From: a bacterium
GTDB taxonomy: Bacteria; Cyanobacteriota; Vampirovibrionia; Gastranaerophilales; JBAXKC01
Direction of reading: 5' to 3'
Assembly: GCA_037137535.1 (NCBI GenBank)
Contig: JBAXKC010000024.1
Span: 1 to 43,125, forward strand
Length of the DNA stretch: 43,125 bases
The position numbers were made by a program, and so were the translations under genes. Shown one piece after another: positions 19,882 through 30,890 of this stretch; the first letter of the stretch is position 1, and every line of letters begins with the position of its first letter. A model generated the notes under the pieces. It saw nothing but the letters and a program-made list of their open reading frames with translations. It made no database searches and was not told where the DNA came from.

Positions 19882-20687
19882 AATCTAAAATAAATCAAAA
19901 AATAATTGAAAATAAAAATAAACCAAGTTTGATACCATTTGTCGTTTCGGGCTTTCCAAGTCTTGAAGTAACAAAACAACTTTTAAAAGAATTTTCAAAT
20001 AATGACAAAATATCAGCGATAGAAGTCGGTATTCCTTTTTCGGATCCGCTTGCAGATGGTCCAGTAATTGCTAAGGCAGCTAAAGAAGCTATTGCAAACG
20101 GCACAAATCTTTCAAGTATTTTTGAAATGCTTAAAGAGGTAAAAGAGGACGTTTCTACTCCAATAATTTTATTTTCTTATGTAAATCCTATTGTGAGAAT
20201 GGGGATTGATACATTTTTTAAAAAAGCTGAAGAGTCTGGAGTTTCAGGGCTTATAATACCTGATTTACCTGTTGAAGAAGCTGATGCTTTTCTTGAATAT
20301 TGCAATAAAACAAATATTGACTTGATTATGCTTGTTGCGCCAACTTCTGACAATCAAAGAATTAACAAAATCGTTGAAGTTTCAAAAGGTTTTATCTATC
20401 TTGTTTCCTCAACGGGCGTAACCGGTGTTAGAGAAGGATTTTCTGATATGTTATCGGGCTTGATTAAAGAAATAAGATCAAAAACTGATGTTCCTGTCTG
20501 TGTTGGTTTTGGTGTATCTAAAGCAATACACATCAACGAATTAAAAAATATGGATGTTAACGGTGCAATTGTAGGAAGTGCCATTGTAAAATTAATTGAT
20601 GAAAACAAGCACACACCCGACTTAATCCCTGTAAAACTAAATGAGTATATTGATTCACTATTTTCAGCAAACGGAATAAAAGCATGA
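19878..20687 (+). CDS. trpA: Tryptophan synthase alpha subunit
   Basis: EVGIPFSDPLADGPVI, IIPDLP, GFIYLVSSTGVTG, VGFGV, IVGSA. Confidence 0.97.
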   Translation: MKSKINQKIIENKNKPSLIPFVVSGFPSLEVTKQLLKEFSNNDKISAIEVGIPFSDPLADGPVIAKAAKEAIANGTNLSSIFEMLKEVKEDVSTPIILFSYVNPIVRMGIDTFFKKAEESGVSGLIIPDLPVEEADAFLEYCNKTNIDLIMLVAPTSDNQRINKIVEVSKGFIYLVSSTGVTGVREGFSDMLSGLIKEIRSKTDVPVCVGFGVSKAIHINELKNMDVNGAIVGSAIVKLIDENKHTPDLIPVKLNEYIDSLFSANGIKA

Positions 20688-21910
20688 CTTCAATTGCTAT
20701 AATTGGCGGTGGTCCTGCTGGTTTTATGGCGGCAATTTCTGCTGCTGAAAATGCTGAAAATAAAAATATTAAAATAGTTATTTTTGAAAAGAATGAACCT
20801 CTTAAAACCATTTTATGCACAGGAAATGGAAGATGTAACATAACAAATAATATAGTGAATTATAGAGAATTGGCTTCAAATTATCCTCGAGGAGAGAAGT
20901 TTTTATATTCAGTTTTTAGTCGTTTTGCGGTTACTGAAACTATCGAGTGGTTTAAAAATAATGGAGTAAGACTTTACACTCAAGATGACAATAGAATGTT
21001 TCCAACTACTGATAAAGCGGAAACAATAAGAGATATGCTCTTACAGAAAGTAAAAAGTATGAATATTAAAGTATATTCTGATGAAAATGTTATCAATATT
21101 GAAAAAGTTAATGATATTTTTAAAATAACTACTGATAATAGCTCATACTCTTTTGACAAATTAATTATGTCGACAGGTGGAAGCACTAAAAATAATTATG
21201 CTTATAATCTTGCTGAAAAATTGGGCATTAAGTCTACCGAAAGAAAACCGTCTTTAGTTGGTTTGAAAATTCGAGAAAATTATCTGACAAAATTATCAGG
21301 TGTAAGTGTTTCAAGTTGTATAATAAATTTATTATTTAATAATAAAAAAGTATCAAAAGTTGAGGGTGATTTTATAATTACTCACAAAGGCATTTCTGGT
21401 CCTGTGATTTTTAAAGCCTCTGCTGCTGCTGCGTTTTTAAATTATAATGCCCAATATCCATTGATTTTAGAAATAAATTTTGCACCTACTTATAATTATG
21501 AAACCTTAAATGAAGAACTTTTAGAAAAATTTGATTCGCAAAAAAACACATCAATTTCAAATTTATTAAAAACCTATTTACCAAAATCGTTAGCCGTTGA
21601 ATTATTAAATATGGATGCGATTGAACCTGAAAAAAAATCTGGTGACATAACTAAACTTGAACGTAAAGCCATTCTTGATTTTATTTTAAATTTCAAATTA
21701 ACCGCAATTGCTACTTTTCCCGAAGGTGAAATGGTAACAGCAGGTGGTGTGGACTTAAAACAAATTAATTCCAAAACTTTAGCCGCAAAATCAGATGAAA
21801 ATATTTTCTTCTGTGGTGAAATTCTTGATATTGATGGATATACAGGCGGATTTAATCTTCAACAATGCTGGTCAACAGGCTATATTGCTGGATTATCAGC
21901 TGTAATTTAA
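20684..21910 (+). CDS. HI0933/YhiN-family flavoprotein
   Basis: GGGPAG, TGNGRCNITN, THKGISGP, VTAGGV, GEILDIDGYTGGFNLQ. Confidence 0.95.
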   Translation: MTSIAIIGGGPAGFMAAISAAENAENKNIKIVIFEKNEPLKTILCTGNGRCNITNNIVNYRELASNYPRGEKFLYSVFSRFAVTETIEWFKNNGVRLYTQDDNRMFPTTDKAETIRDMLLQKVKSMNIKVYSDENVINIEKVNDIFKITTDNSSYSFDKLIMSTGGSTKNNYAYNLAEKLGIKSTERKPSLVGLKIRENYLTKLSGVSVSSCIINLLFNNKKVSKVEGDFIITHKGISGPVIFKASAAAAFLNYNAQYPLILEINFAPTYNYETLNEELLEKFDSQKNTSISNLLKTYLPKSLAVELLNMDAIEPEKKSGDITKLERKAILDFILNFKLTAIATFPEGEMVTAGGVDLKQINSKTLAAKSDENIFFCGEILDIDGYTGGFNLQQCWSTGYIAGLSAVI

Positions 21911-23454
21911 GCGATACTTATTACTATTTTCTTATACTCTTCAAATAAGTATTCTATTTCCTTCATTAAAGGTAAAGTTTGAGCTTCAAAATAATTTTGA
22001 GCTTTTGAATAATCTTTGTTTTTAATTGCATCAATGATAACTCTTCCAGTTTGGTGAATTTTCTGATGAGGCAAATCAATTTTTGCAAAAATCACTTTTT
22101 CTTCTACAGATGGTTTATAGTTAAAGTACCATTTGCCGAACTTGCAAAGTGTGTGATCTAAAGCTATGTCAATATTATAATTTTTTGCATTAACGGCAGA
22201 TTGAAGCTTTTTAACCCAATTTCTATGATCATCAAGCCTTAAATTAAGAAAATATATTTTTTCCATTTTTTCAAGAGAAGAAGACATATTTATTAAAGTT
22301 GCTGATAAATTTTGAACATCTATTTGCTCATTTAAAATTGCTGAAGATTGTTGACTTATTAAGGCAAGCTGATCAGATACAGAACTTACCGACACACTTA
22401 TTATTTGTAATACAGTACTGATTTCTTGAGTTTTCAATGATGTACTATTAAAATCTTCTGTTACATGTTTAATAATTGCATCCATTTTATCTATTTGATC
22501 ATTTATTGATATAAGATTTGAATTTAAATCTTGAAATTGTATTTCACTATCTTGTAAAGATTTTAGTGTTATAGATGAGGCTAATATTGTGGAATTGACA
22601 ACCTTTTGAATGTTAATTACTTCATTTTTCACTGTCTCTGTTGAGCTACCTGTTTTTTCAGATAAGCTTTTAATTTCTTCAGCAACTACCATAAATCCTT
22701 TTCCATGCTCTCCTGCTCTAGCTGCTTCAATTCCGGCATTTAAAGACAAGAGACTAGTTTTTGAAGCTATACTGCGAATTGTTTCTAAAACATCTCCTAT
22801 GGAATTAGAACCATGTTTAAGTTTAATCATTTGATCCTCAAGTGTAAGAGAAACTTCTTTAAGTTTTACAAAACTTCCCATTACATTTTGAGCCTGAGCT
22901 TTACTTAAATTAGTACATTTAATTATATTTTCCGCAATTTGTCTTAATTCATCGCATTTTTTTACATCTTCTTTTGCTATCATTGCAGATTCATGAACGG
23001 AAGCAGTAATCTCTTCAACGCTATTCAATACATTTTCCTGTTGATCACAAGATCTATCAATGGATTCTTTAATTGACTCGCAGCTTAAAATTATTGCAGA
23101 GGATTTCTTTTTTAAAATTATTCCCTGCTCAAGAATTGAGAATATTTTTTCAACCAATCCTAAAATTAATTCATGAGATTTATGAAACAAGAATTCAATA
23201 ACCTCACCTAATTGTCCTAAATCTTTATTATTAAAGGTAATATCGAAAGGTTTATGTAATATTTTAACCTCTTCCAGTTCATGAATTGAATTAGAATATA
23301 TTTTTTTATTCAAATAATTCATTAAACCAATATAAAACATACTACTTATAGCCATAAAACATAAAAGTGTAAATAATGAAACTTTCATGACGATAAATAT
23401 TGCCAATGATGTCTGAATGACTATAAAAGCCAAAATCATAAAACGATTTTTCAT
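21907..23454 (-). CDS. Methyl-accepting chemotaxis protein with C-terminal CZB domain
   Basis: LLSLNAGIEAARAGEHGKGFMVVAEEI hairpin tip; DHRNW, HTLCKFGKWY, PHQKIH. Confidence 0.93.
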   Translation of the reverse strand: MKNRFMILAFIVIQTSLAIFIVMKVSLFTLLCFMAISSMFYIGLMNYLNKKIYSNSIHELEEVKILHKPFDITFNNKDLGQLGEVIEFLFHKSHELILGLVEKIFSILEQGIILKKKSSAIILSCESIKESIDRSCDQQENVLNSVEEITASVHESAMIAKEDVKKCDELRQIAENIIKCTNLSKAQAQNVMGSFVKLKEVSLTLEDQMIKLKHGSNSIGDVLETIRSIASKTSLLSLNAGIEAARAGEHGKGFMVVAEEIKSLSEKTGSSTETVKNEVINIQKVVNSTILASSITLKSLQDSEIQFQDLNSNLISINDQIDKMDAIIKHVTEDFNSTSLKTQEISTVLQIISVSVSSVSDQLALISQQSSAILNEQIDVQNLSATLINMSSSLEKMEKIYFLNLRLDDHRNWVKKLQSAVNAKNYNIDIALDHTLCKFGKWYFNYKPSVEEKVIFAKIDLPHQKIHQTGRVIIDAIKNKDYSKAQNYFEAQTLPLMKEIEYLFEEYKKIVISIA

Positions 23455-23559
23455 ATTCTATTATTTAACCCAAGATTAACTGAACTTACTATACTCATAG
23501 TATAATAATAAAATATCTTATAATATACTCTTTTAGAGTGAAAAAAAACAAACTAAAAA

Positions 23560-23958
23560 TCAATATTTAAAAGTAGCACTTTTACAGGCTAAATTATGTA
23601 TTTTCATAAGAGAAGAACCGGGTATTATCGGAGTAAATTGCACCATATTTCTTGAACTCTGGTGCTCAATAAGTGAGTTATTAGAGTTATATCTGACCAT
23701 TTCTGTTATTGAAATTAAATTTCTATAACACTCAGAAACGTTATGTGTGTATATATATTTTGTTTTATTTTTCGGTTTTTTATACTCAAGTTTTGTCCAA
23801 TAATCAATATAATTGGCATCTTTTTCAATACTTTCAAGGTCAATATACCATTTTTCTGTTTTTGTTTCGTCAATTTTAGCCCAATAGGTTTCAGATAAAA
23901 CCCTATATTGAGTTAAAATACAAATTAAAAGAGAAAAACTATAAAGTATTTTTTTCAT
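23560..23958 (-). CDS. Secreted small protein, surface-adhesin E-like
   Basis: Signal peptide; WYIDLESI, YWTK, PIIPGS...LAC pattern. Confidence 0.65.
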   Translation of the reverse strand: MKKILYSFSLLICILTQYRVLSETYWAKIDETKTEKWYIDLESIEKDANYIDYWTKLEYKKPKNKTKYIYTHNVSECYRNLISITEMVRYNSNNSLIEHQSSRNMVQFTPIIPGSSLMKIHNLACKSATFKY

Positions 23959-24214
23959 TTATACCAATCCAACTTAATTTTTGATAATTGAATTTTTAAA
24001 ATACACTACTCGAGCGATTTGCTTCTTTTCTTAAGAATTATTTTGTTTTAACAAATCTAGGAGTAATAGAAGAAGCCCTATGCTGTCAGATCTGTAAAGT
24101 TTTTGTTTTTGCTGACTTTTTATTTTTTAAAAAATAAAAAGTTAGTTGATTGCTTTAGACATCGAAATTTTCTTGTGATAAAAGAATTAAGTCAGTATAG
24201 CAAAAAGTTTAGCA

Positions 24215-24649
24215 TTACGTTTTATCGATTATTTTGTTAGGTTCGCATAAATCTAATATTCTTTTTGCAAAATATATTGAATTCATCATGCCATGACTGC
24301 CTATTGCCATAGTAGCGACAGGTACGCCTTTAGGCATCTGACAAATAGAAAGTAAAGCATCAAATCCGTTTAAAGCTCCCACATCTCTAGGAACCCCGAT
24401 GACTGGAAGTTTAACTTTTGCGGCAATAACACCGGGTAGTGCTGCTGAAAGTCCTGCTACACCTATGATTATTTTGGTTTCACCCTCTTTTTGAATAAGT
24501 TCTAAATATTCCAAAAGTTCTTCAAGATTTCTATGAGCGGAATAAATTTTAAATTCATAGTCAATACCAATTGACTCTGCAAGTGTTAAGGCTGGTTTTA
24601 CAAACTCTTCATCACTTTCAGAACCGGCAATTATAACTAATTGTTTCAT
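24215..24649 (-). CDS. purE: N5-CAIR mutase / AIR carboxylase
   Basis: GSESD, SAHR, LPVIGVP, QMPKGVPVAT; ATG 24649 follows GGAG. Confidence 0.95.
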   Translation of the reverse strand: MKQLVIIAGSESDEEFVKPALTLAESIGIDYEFKIYSAHRNLEELLEYLELIQKEGETKIIIGVAGLSAALPGVIAAKVKLPVIGVPRDVGALNGFDALLSICQMPKGVPVATMAIGSHGMMNSIYFAKRILDLCEPNKIIDKT

Positions 24650-24650
24650 T

Positions 24651-25883
24651 TTATTCTCCAATATCGGATCTATAGTATTTATCTTCATATTCTAGTAATT
24701 CTGCTGCTGTATAGACCTCACCAGCAGGGCTTTTGCCTGATGCACATATTGATAAGACTCTTCCACCATTAGATACAAGGTTTCCTTCTTGTTCTTTAAC
24801 TCCTGCGTAGAATACTTCAACATTATATTTAGTTTTTAATTCTTCAGCATTTTTAATTAAACTTCCTTTTTTATGTTTAATTGGATATCCTTCTGCTGCT
24901 ATAACCAAACAGAAAGAAATGCCGTCATTCCAGTTTAAAATTGCTTCATCAAGTCTTTTATTGACGCAAAGACTAAATAACTCAAGTAAGTCAAAATTCA
25001 TATGCATCATAATAGCCTGTGTTTCAGGATCACCAAAACGCATATTATATTCTAAAACTCTGACACCTTGATCAGTAAGCATTATACCTGAATACACAAT
25101 ACCATGAAAATCAGCATTTTCAGCTCTTAAAGCCTTGCTTAGAGTGTTCGAATATTCTTTAAGGCTTTGCTGATGTTGTTTACTCATATTAACAGGGCAG
25201 TATGCACCCATTCCTCCTGTATTAGGCCCGCTATTGTTATCAAAAAGCCTTTTGTAATCTCTTGCAGGAATTAATGGAAGAAGTGTTCTTCCATCCCATA
25301 ATGAAATAAGTGAAACTTCATCTCCTTCTAAAAATTCTTCAATTACTATTTTTTTAGAAGATTCCCCAAACATTCCCGAAAGATACTCAGAAAGAATCAT
25401 CCATGCTTCTTCTTGAGAATTTGCAATATAAACACCTTTTCCCGAGGCTAATCCGTCTGCTTTTATAACATATGGAGCATTAAACTCTTGAAGAACATCA
25501 TCAGCCTGTGAAATATCCGTGATAAGCTTATATCTTGCTGTTGGAATATTATTTCTGACCATAAAATCTTTAGCAAATGATTTTGAACCTTCAAGATTTG
25601 CCCATTTTTTATTTGCACCGATACAATTAATTCCCACTTCTTCGAATTTATCGACAAAACCGCCTACAAGAGGAGCTTCAGGACCAATTATAACCATATT
25701 GATGTCGTTTTCAAGCACTTTTTTTACTAAATCATCAATATTTTCAGCGGTTAAAACTGTTCCAAGTTTTTTAAACCCATCATTGCAGTCATACAAAAAA
25801 AGTTTGTTGAGCATAGGGGATTGTTTTATTTTCCATGCAAGTGCATGTTCTCTTGCTCCACCACCATATAAAAGTACTCTCAT
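24651..25883 (-). CDS. purD: Phosphoribosylamine--glycine ligase
   Basis: GGGAREHAL, LEGSKSFAK, KADGLASGKGV, GPNTGGMGAY, RFGDPE. Confidence 0.97.
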   Translation of the reverse strand: MRVLLYGGGAREHALAWKIKQSPMLNKLFLYDCNDGFKKLGTVLTAENIDDLVKKVLENDINMVIIGPEAPLVGGFVDKFEEVGINCIGANKKWANLEGSKSFAKDFMVRNNIPTARYKLITDISQADDVLQEFNAPYVIKADGLASGKGVYIANSQEEAWMILSEYLSGMFGESSKKIVIEEFLEGDEVSLISLWDGRTLLPLIPARDYKRLFDNNSGPNTGGMGAYCPVNMSKQHQQSLKEYSNTLSKALRAENADFHGIVYSGIMLTDQGVRVLEYNMRFGDPETQAIMMHMNFDLLELFSLCVNKRLDEAILNWNDGISFCLVIAAEGYPIKHKKGSLIKNAEELKTKYNVEVFYAGVKEQEGNLVSNGGRVLSICASGKSPAGEVYTAAELLEYEDKYYRSDIGE

Positions 25884-26446
25884 TGTATTTCTCCTTCACA
25901 AAAAAGTTTATCGGGACATAATTCTGTATCAAATAACAAATGTTCTATTACATGGGGATATAAAATATGTTCAATCTTGTGTATTTTTATTTCCATCTCT
26001 GATAATAGCATATCTTTTTTTATTCTAACAGCACGTTGAGCAATTATTTCCCCTGCATCAACTTCTTCATTGACATAATGAACAGTTACTCCTGTACGTT
26101 CATTATCGGAGTTATAAGCCCTTTCAATAGACTTAGTTCCTTTAAATTCAGGCAATAAAGATGGATGTATGTTTATTATTTTTCTGTCAGCAAGAGCTTG
26201 AGCAGATAAAATCCTCATATATCCTGCCAGAACAATTAAATCAAAGTCATTTTTATTGAGAAAATCAACAGTTTTCTCAAAAGGAACAAAATAATTTTTT
26301 ATGTTATTTTGTTTTGCTCTTTGTAGAAAAAAACTGTCTTTTTTGTCAGAAACTGCTGTGAATTCAATATCTAAATCTTTAAAATAATCTATTATCGCTT
26401 GAAAATTACTTCCATTACCTGAGCCAAACACGGCTACTTTCTTCAT
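25880..26446 (-). CDS. purN: Phosphoribosylglycinamide formyltransferase
   Basis: SGNGSNFQAI, LAGYMRIL, INIHPSLLP, TGVTVHYV. Confidence 0.96.
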   Translation of the reverse strand: MKKVAVFGSGNGSNFQAIIDYFKDLDIEFTAVSDKKDSFFLQRAKQNNIKNYFVPFEKTVDFLNKNDFDLIVLAGYMRILSAQALADRKIINIHPSLLPEFKGTKSIERAYNSDNERTGVTVHYVNEEVDAGEIIAQRAVRIKKDMLLSEMEIKIHKIEHILYPHVIEHLLFDTELCPDKLFCEGEIQ

Positions 26447-27374
26447 TTTTAACAATTCTCCCGAATTCAAACGGAGCATATTTTTCACATATTTTAAATA
26501 TGGTGTCTTTATTTTTTTCTTCTGCTATTATGCACATTCCAACTCCCATGTTAAATACTTTATAAGCCTCTTCTTGGGATATAAGTTTTAATAGGGCTTT
26601 AAACAGCTTAGTTTGAGGAATATTTTTCTTTAAAACCTCTGCTTGTAATCCATCAGGAATAACTCTGCATAAATTTCCCTCAATTCCGCCACCTGTAATG
26701 TGTGCAACTGTTTTCACAAGACCTTTCTCAACAAGTTCTGCTATTTCATTTACAAATATATGAGTAGGTTTTAAACTTTCTTTAAATAGCTCTTCACTTA
26801 ATAAACCATCATTATAAAGTTTTCGGACTAATGAAAATCCGTTAGAGTGCGGTCCACTTGAGCATAAGCCTATAACAATATCATTTTCACAAACATTCTC
26901 TTTATTAAGCAGATCAGTTTTTTTAACCGCACCAACAGCAAATCCTGCAACGTCAAAATGATTTTCTTTAACTAAATCTCCAAGTTCTGCGGTTTCTCCG
27001 CCAAGTAAAAGACAATCAAACTGTTTTAGTTTCTGTTTTAATGAATTAACGAAATCGGCTAATAATTCCACTTCAATTTTATTAGCGGCAATATAGTCAA
27101 GAAAGAAAAGAGGTTTTGCCCCTAAACAAATAAGGTCATTTAAGTTCATTGCTATTAAATCTTGAGCTATTGAATCCGTCATTCCGTTTTCAAGGAGGGG
27201 AATTATTTTAGTTCCCACTCCATCACAGCAAGCAGCAAGGTAATAATCTTTGAAAACAGGATGTTCATATAAACCTGCAAACATTCCTATATTTTTATTG
27301 GAAACAGATTTAGCGATTAGCTCTGTAAGCATATCAGCTTTTACTAAATCAACTCCTGATGATTTATAATCCAC
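26415..27374 (-). CDS. purM: AIR synthetase
   Basis: YKSSGVD, DGVGTK, PLFFLDY, GGETAE, HSNGFSL, HITGGG; GTG 27374 follows AAAGGA. Confidence 0.96.
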   Translation of the reverse strand: MDYKSSGVDLVKADMLTELIAKSVSNKNIGMFAGLYEHPVFKDYYLAACCDGVGTKIIPLLENGMTDSIAQDLIAMNLNDLICLGAKPLFFLDYIAANKIEVELLADFVNSLKQKLKQFDCLLLGGETAELGDLVKENHFDVAGFAVGAVKKTDLLNKENVCENDIVIGLCSSGPHSNGFSLVRKLYNDGLLSEELFKESLKPTHIFVNEIAELVEKGLVKTVAHITGGGIEGNLCRVIPDGLQAEVLKKNIPQTKLFKALLKLISQEEAYKVFNMGVGMCIIAEEKNKDTIFKICEKYAPFEFGRIVKNEESSRVWLR

Positions 27375-28728
27375 ATGAATTCCTTTCAAAACAGTTGTAA
27401 CACCAGCCGCTCTGACCAAAATATTGTTTTAATCCTTGCAAATGAATAAATTCGACACTATCAGCACCTATAAAATCAGCAATCTGTTGTTCTTTTGAAT
27501 ATTTTTCAGCTATAAGCTGTTCTTTATCAGGAATATCCACTCCCCATCCGCAAGTATTAACTATCATAGGAGAAGCAATTTTAAAATGGATTTCTTTAGC
27601 TCCTGCTTCTCTTATCATTTTCACAAGAATTTTTGAAGTTGTTCCCCTTACCAGAGAATCATCAACAAGTATTATTCTTTGATTTTCAATGACGGATTTT
27701 ATCGGAATAAGTTTTTGACGTACGCTTTTTTCTCTGTCTTTCTGTCTGGGCTGAATAAAAGTCCTGCCCACCCAATGATTTCTCAATAAACCTATTTGTA
27801 AAGGTATTCCAGATTCTTGAGAATAACCTATTGATGAGGCTAAACCGGAATCCATAACAGGAACGACAATATCTGCATTAGTCTTATTTTGTTTTGCTAA
27901 GGTTTTTCCAAGTTCTACCCTTGAGAGATAAACGTTTCTTCCAAATACGTTTGAATCAGGGCGAGAAAAATAAATATGTTCAAAAACGCATTGTTTTGTT
28001 TCAATTTTTTCGTGAAATCTTTCGATTCTATACCCGTTTTTGCTTACTTCAACAGCTTGCCCTGCCTGTATTTCAAAAACTTTATTAATTGTCAGATTTT
28101 GAAAAGCACTATCTTCAGAAGCTAAAAATATACCTTCCTTTGCTTCACATAAGAAAAGAGGTCTGTATCCAAGCGGATCTCTATATGCAAAGACTCTTTC
28201 TGGCAACGCGACAAGAATTGACCAAGCTCCACCACTGAAATTTTGCTGTAAAATTTTGCCGACTTCTACTAAGTCCCACGTTGAAGGAGCAGAACAAAGC
28301 TCTTTAATTACTTTTTTGATAATCATTTCGGTATCAGAGGAAGTTGTAAAAACTTCTCCGTTAAGCTCTAATTCTTTCATCATGCTAACGGCTTTACCGA
28401 TGTTTCCGTTATGAGAAATAGCAACAGTTTCATTTAGAAAATTCAACAAATATGGTTGTGCATGAAGTTTATCCGAATTTCCTTGAGTAGAATACCTTAC
28501 ATGCCCTATACCAAAATATCCCGATATTTCATCAATCAGTTCACCTCTAAGAGCAGTTGAAACAAGCCCCTGCTCTTTGTATAGAGAAAGGACGGAATCT
28601 CCACAGCAAACACCTGCGCTTTCCTGACCTCTATGCTGAAGCATGAAAAGACCTTCTTTTATATATGGAGCAATCGGATTATTATAAGCGTATCCGCCAA
28701 ATATACCGCACTCTTCACCTATTTTCAT
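27364..28728 (-). CDS. purF: Amidophosphoribosyltransferase (propeptide, Fe-S type)
   Basis: EECGIFG, LQHRGQESAG, GHVRYST, VDDSLVRGTT, CYNC. Confidence 0.97.
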   Translation of the reverse strand: MKIGEECGIFGGYAYNNPIAPYIKEGLFMLQHRGQESAGVCCGDSVLSLYKEQGLVSTALRGELIDEISGYFGIGHVRYSTQGNSDKLHAQPYLLNFLNETVAISHNGNIGKAVSMMKELELNGEVFTTSSDTEMIIKKVIKELCSAPSTWDLVEVGKILQQNFSGGAWSILVALPERVFAYRDPLGYRPLFLCEAKEGIFLASEDSAFQNLTINKVFEIQAGQAVEVSKNGYRIERFHEKIETKQCVFEHIYFSRPDSNVFGRNVYLSRVELGKTLAKQNKTNADIVVPVMDSGLASSIGYSQESGIPLQIGLLRNHWVGRTFIQPRQKDREKSVRQKLIPIKSVIENQRIILVDDSLVRGTTSKILVKMIREAGAKEIHFKIASPMIVNTCGWGVDIPDKEQLIAEKYSKEQQIADFIGADSVEFIHLQGLKQYFGQSGWCYNCFERNSCGL

Positions 28729-30890
28729 CTTTCCATCTCCGATTGAATTAAAAGATTAAAACTATCTATAAGTTCGTCTATATTAAAATTAAAACCGTTG
28801 AATTTAATTAATGACCCTTTGCAAAGACCTATTTTTTTATAAGGAATATTACTTGAGCAAAGTAAGCTTTCAATTTCAGTATCTTTTCGAGTAGAAACTA
28901 AATATCTTCCTGTTATTTCTCCGAACATTGAAGCTAATAAGTCATTAGAATGTGGGAATTCTCCTTCGAATCCAATATTTTCCGTTGCTAAAGATTTAAA
29001 TAATGCTCCAAAAATACCAAAATAAGAAACACTTCTACATCCGCCAAGCAGTTCTTTTTTATGGGAATTATCAATAAATTCTCGTAATTTGAATTCTAAT
29101 TCAACGTCAGTTTTATCAACTTTTCCACCAATAAAATCAAACAATATTTTTTGATATAACGAACCGCCTAATGAGGAATTTTCATCAAGCTGTTTGCCTA
29201 TGACATAAACTGATTCACCTGATTTAAAGTGGCTTCGTATTATATTTTTATAATTATTAATATATCCGATAGCTCCAATTGTAGCTGTTGGGTAGACTCT
29301 ATCGGTTTCTGTTTCATTATAAAAAGAAACATTGCCCGATGCTACAGGGATATTTGTTTCCTTACAGGCTTGAGCCAAGCCGTCAATTGATTTTACAAAC
29401 TGATAAGCTGCTTCGTTTTTTTCGGGATTTCCATAATTCATGCAGTCAGTAATCCCTAATGGATTAAACCCATCAGCTGTGAGATTTCTAAATGATTTCC
29501 AAGCTGCGTTTCTTGTTCCTTCATAAGGATCTAAAAAAGCTTGTAAAGGTAAAGAATCTATTGTTACTCCAATAACTCCGCCTTCTTCATAAGCCCATAT
29601 TCCTGAAGAGCTTGAAACCCCAGGTTTTAAAACTGTTCTTGTTCCTACCATATGGTCATATTTTGAATAAATCCACTCTTTTGAAACAAAATTAGGATTT
29701 GCTACAATTTTATAAATTGCTTTTTTAATATCATATTCGGTATTGAGTTTTTTATTTGCGTATTCATCAATATAAAGCGGCTTTTCTTCATTTAAATCGT
29801 AGAAAATACCTTCTGTAAGTAATTTAGGAGGAACGCATGCCTGTAATTTACTGTTAAAAAATAATCTATATTCTTGTTCTTCAATTGTTTCACCGATTAC
29901 AGAGGAAGGAATCCCATATTTATTACAAATATCAAGAACTTCTTGTACTCCGCTATCCTCAACAACAAATAACATACGCTCTTGCGACTCTGAAAGCATA
30001 ATTTCCCAAGGTTGCATTTCATCTTCACGAACATGCACTCTATCAAGATAAAGATTTATTCCGCAATTGCCTTTGTCTGCCATTTCAGCGCTGGAAGATA
30101 ATAAACCTGCCGCTCCTAAGTCCTGACAGGCTAAAACGTTTTTTATCTTTACTATTTCAAGTGTGGCCTCAATTACCAGTTTTTTCATAAAAGGATCACC
30201 GATTTGAACAGAGGGTCTATCTTCACCAGACCTGCCTGAAAGCTCTTTTGATGCGAAAGAAGCTCCATGAATACCATCTCTTCCTGTTTCAGCACCCATT
30301 AGAATAACTTTATTATTAGGTATAGCTTTTGCTGATTGGATTTTATCTTCTTCGACAATCCCAACCGCCATAACATTTACCAGAGGATTAGCTTTATAGT
30401 TATCATCAAAAAGAACTTCTCCTGCTACTGTTGGAACGCCAATAGCATTTCCATATCCTGAAATACCGCTTACAACGCCTTCAAAGATATGCTTAGAATA
30501 ATTATCATTAAGTGGGCCGAATTTTAAAGAATCTAATAACGCAATCGGTCTTGCTCCTATTGCTAAGATATCTCTGACAATGCCTCCAATACCAGTTGCT
30601 GCACCTTGATAAGGTTCTACAGCCGAGGGATGATTATGTGATTCAGCCTTAAAAACTACCACATGCTTTCCAATCTTAATTCCGCCTGCATTTTCTCCAG
30701 CTGAAACAGCTCCACCTAAAGGTAAACGGCTTAAATACTTTTTAGAATGTTTATATCCGCAATGCTCAGACCACATTGCAGAAAAAAGATATGTTTCTAA
30801 TTCATTAGGATAACGTCCGAGTCTTTCGACTATTTCTTTAAACTCATTGTCTTTAATATTTAAAGCTTTATATAATTCAATTGTTTTCAT
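28725..30890 (-). CDS. purL: FGAM synthase subunit PurL (small type)
   Basis: MWSEHCGYK, ESHNHPSAVEPYQGAATG, QDLGAAGL, SESQERM, GNVSFYN. Confidence 0.97.
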   Translation of the reverse strand: MKTIELYKALNIKDNEFKEIVERLGRYPNELETYLFSAMWSEHCGYKHSKKYLSRLPLGGAVSAGENAGGIKIGKHVVVFKAESHNHPSAVEPYQGAATGIGGIVRDILAIGARPIALLDSLKFGPLNDNYSKHIFEGVVSGISGYGNAIGVPTVAGEVLFDDNYKANPLVNVMAVGIVEEDKIQSAKAIPNNKVILMGAETGRDGIHGASFASKELSGRSGEDRPSVQIGDPFMKKLVIEATLEIVKIKNVLACQDLGAAGLLSSSAEMADKGNCGINLYLDRVHVREDEMQPWEIMLSESQERMLFVVEDSGVQEVLDICNKYGIPSSVIGETIEEQEYRLFFNSKLQACVPPKLLTEGIFYDLNEEKPLYIDEYANKKLNTEYDIKKAIYKIVANPNFVSKEWIYSKYDHMVGTRTVLKPGVSSSSGIWAYEEGGVIGVTIDSLPLQAFLDPYEGTRNAAWKSFRNLTADGFNPLGITDCMNYGNPEKNEAAYQFVKSIDGLAQACKETNIPVASGNVSFYNETETDRVYPTATIGAIGYINNYKNIIRSHFKSGESVYVIGKQLDENSSLGGSLYQKILFDFIGGKVDKTDVELEFKLREFIDNSHKKELLGGCRSVSYFGIFGALFKSLATENIGFEGEFPHSNDLLASMFGEITGRYLVSTRKDTEIESLLCSSNIPYKKIGLCKGSLIKFNGFNFNIDELIDSFNLLIQSEMER

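Noticed and set aside
24650-27419. Long N-terminal extensions of PurE, PurN and PurM in the ORF track
   Set aside because: Downstream starts (24649, 26446, 27374) match family N-termini
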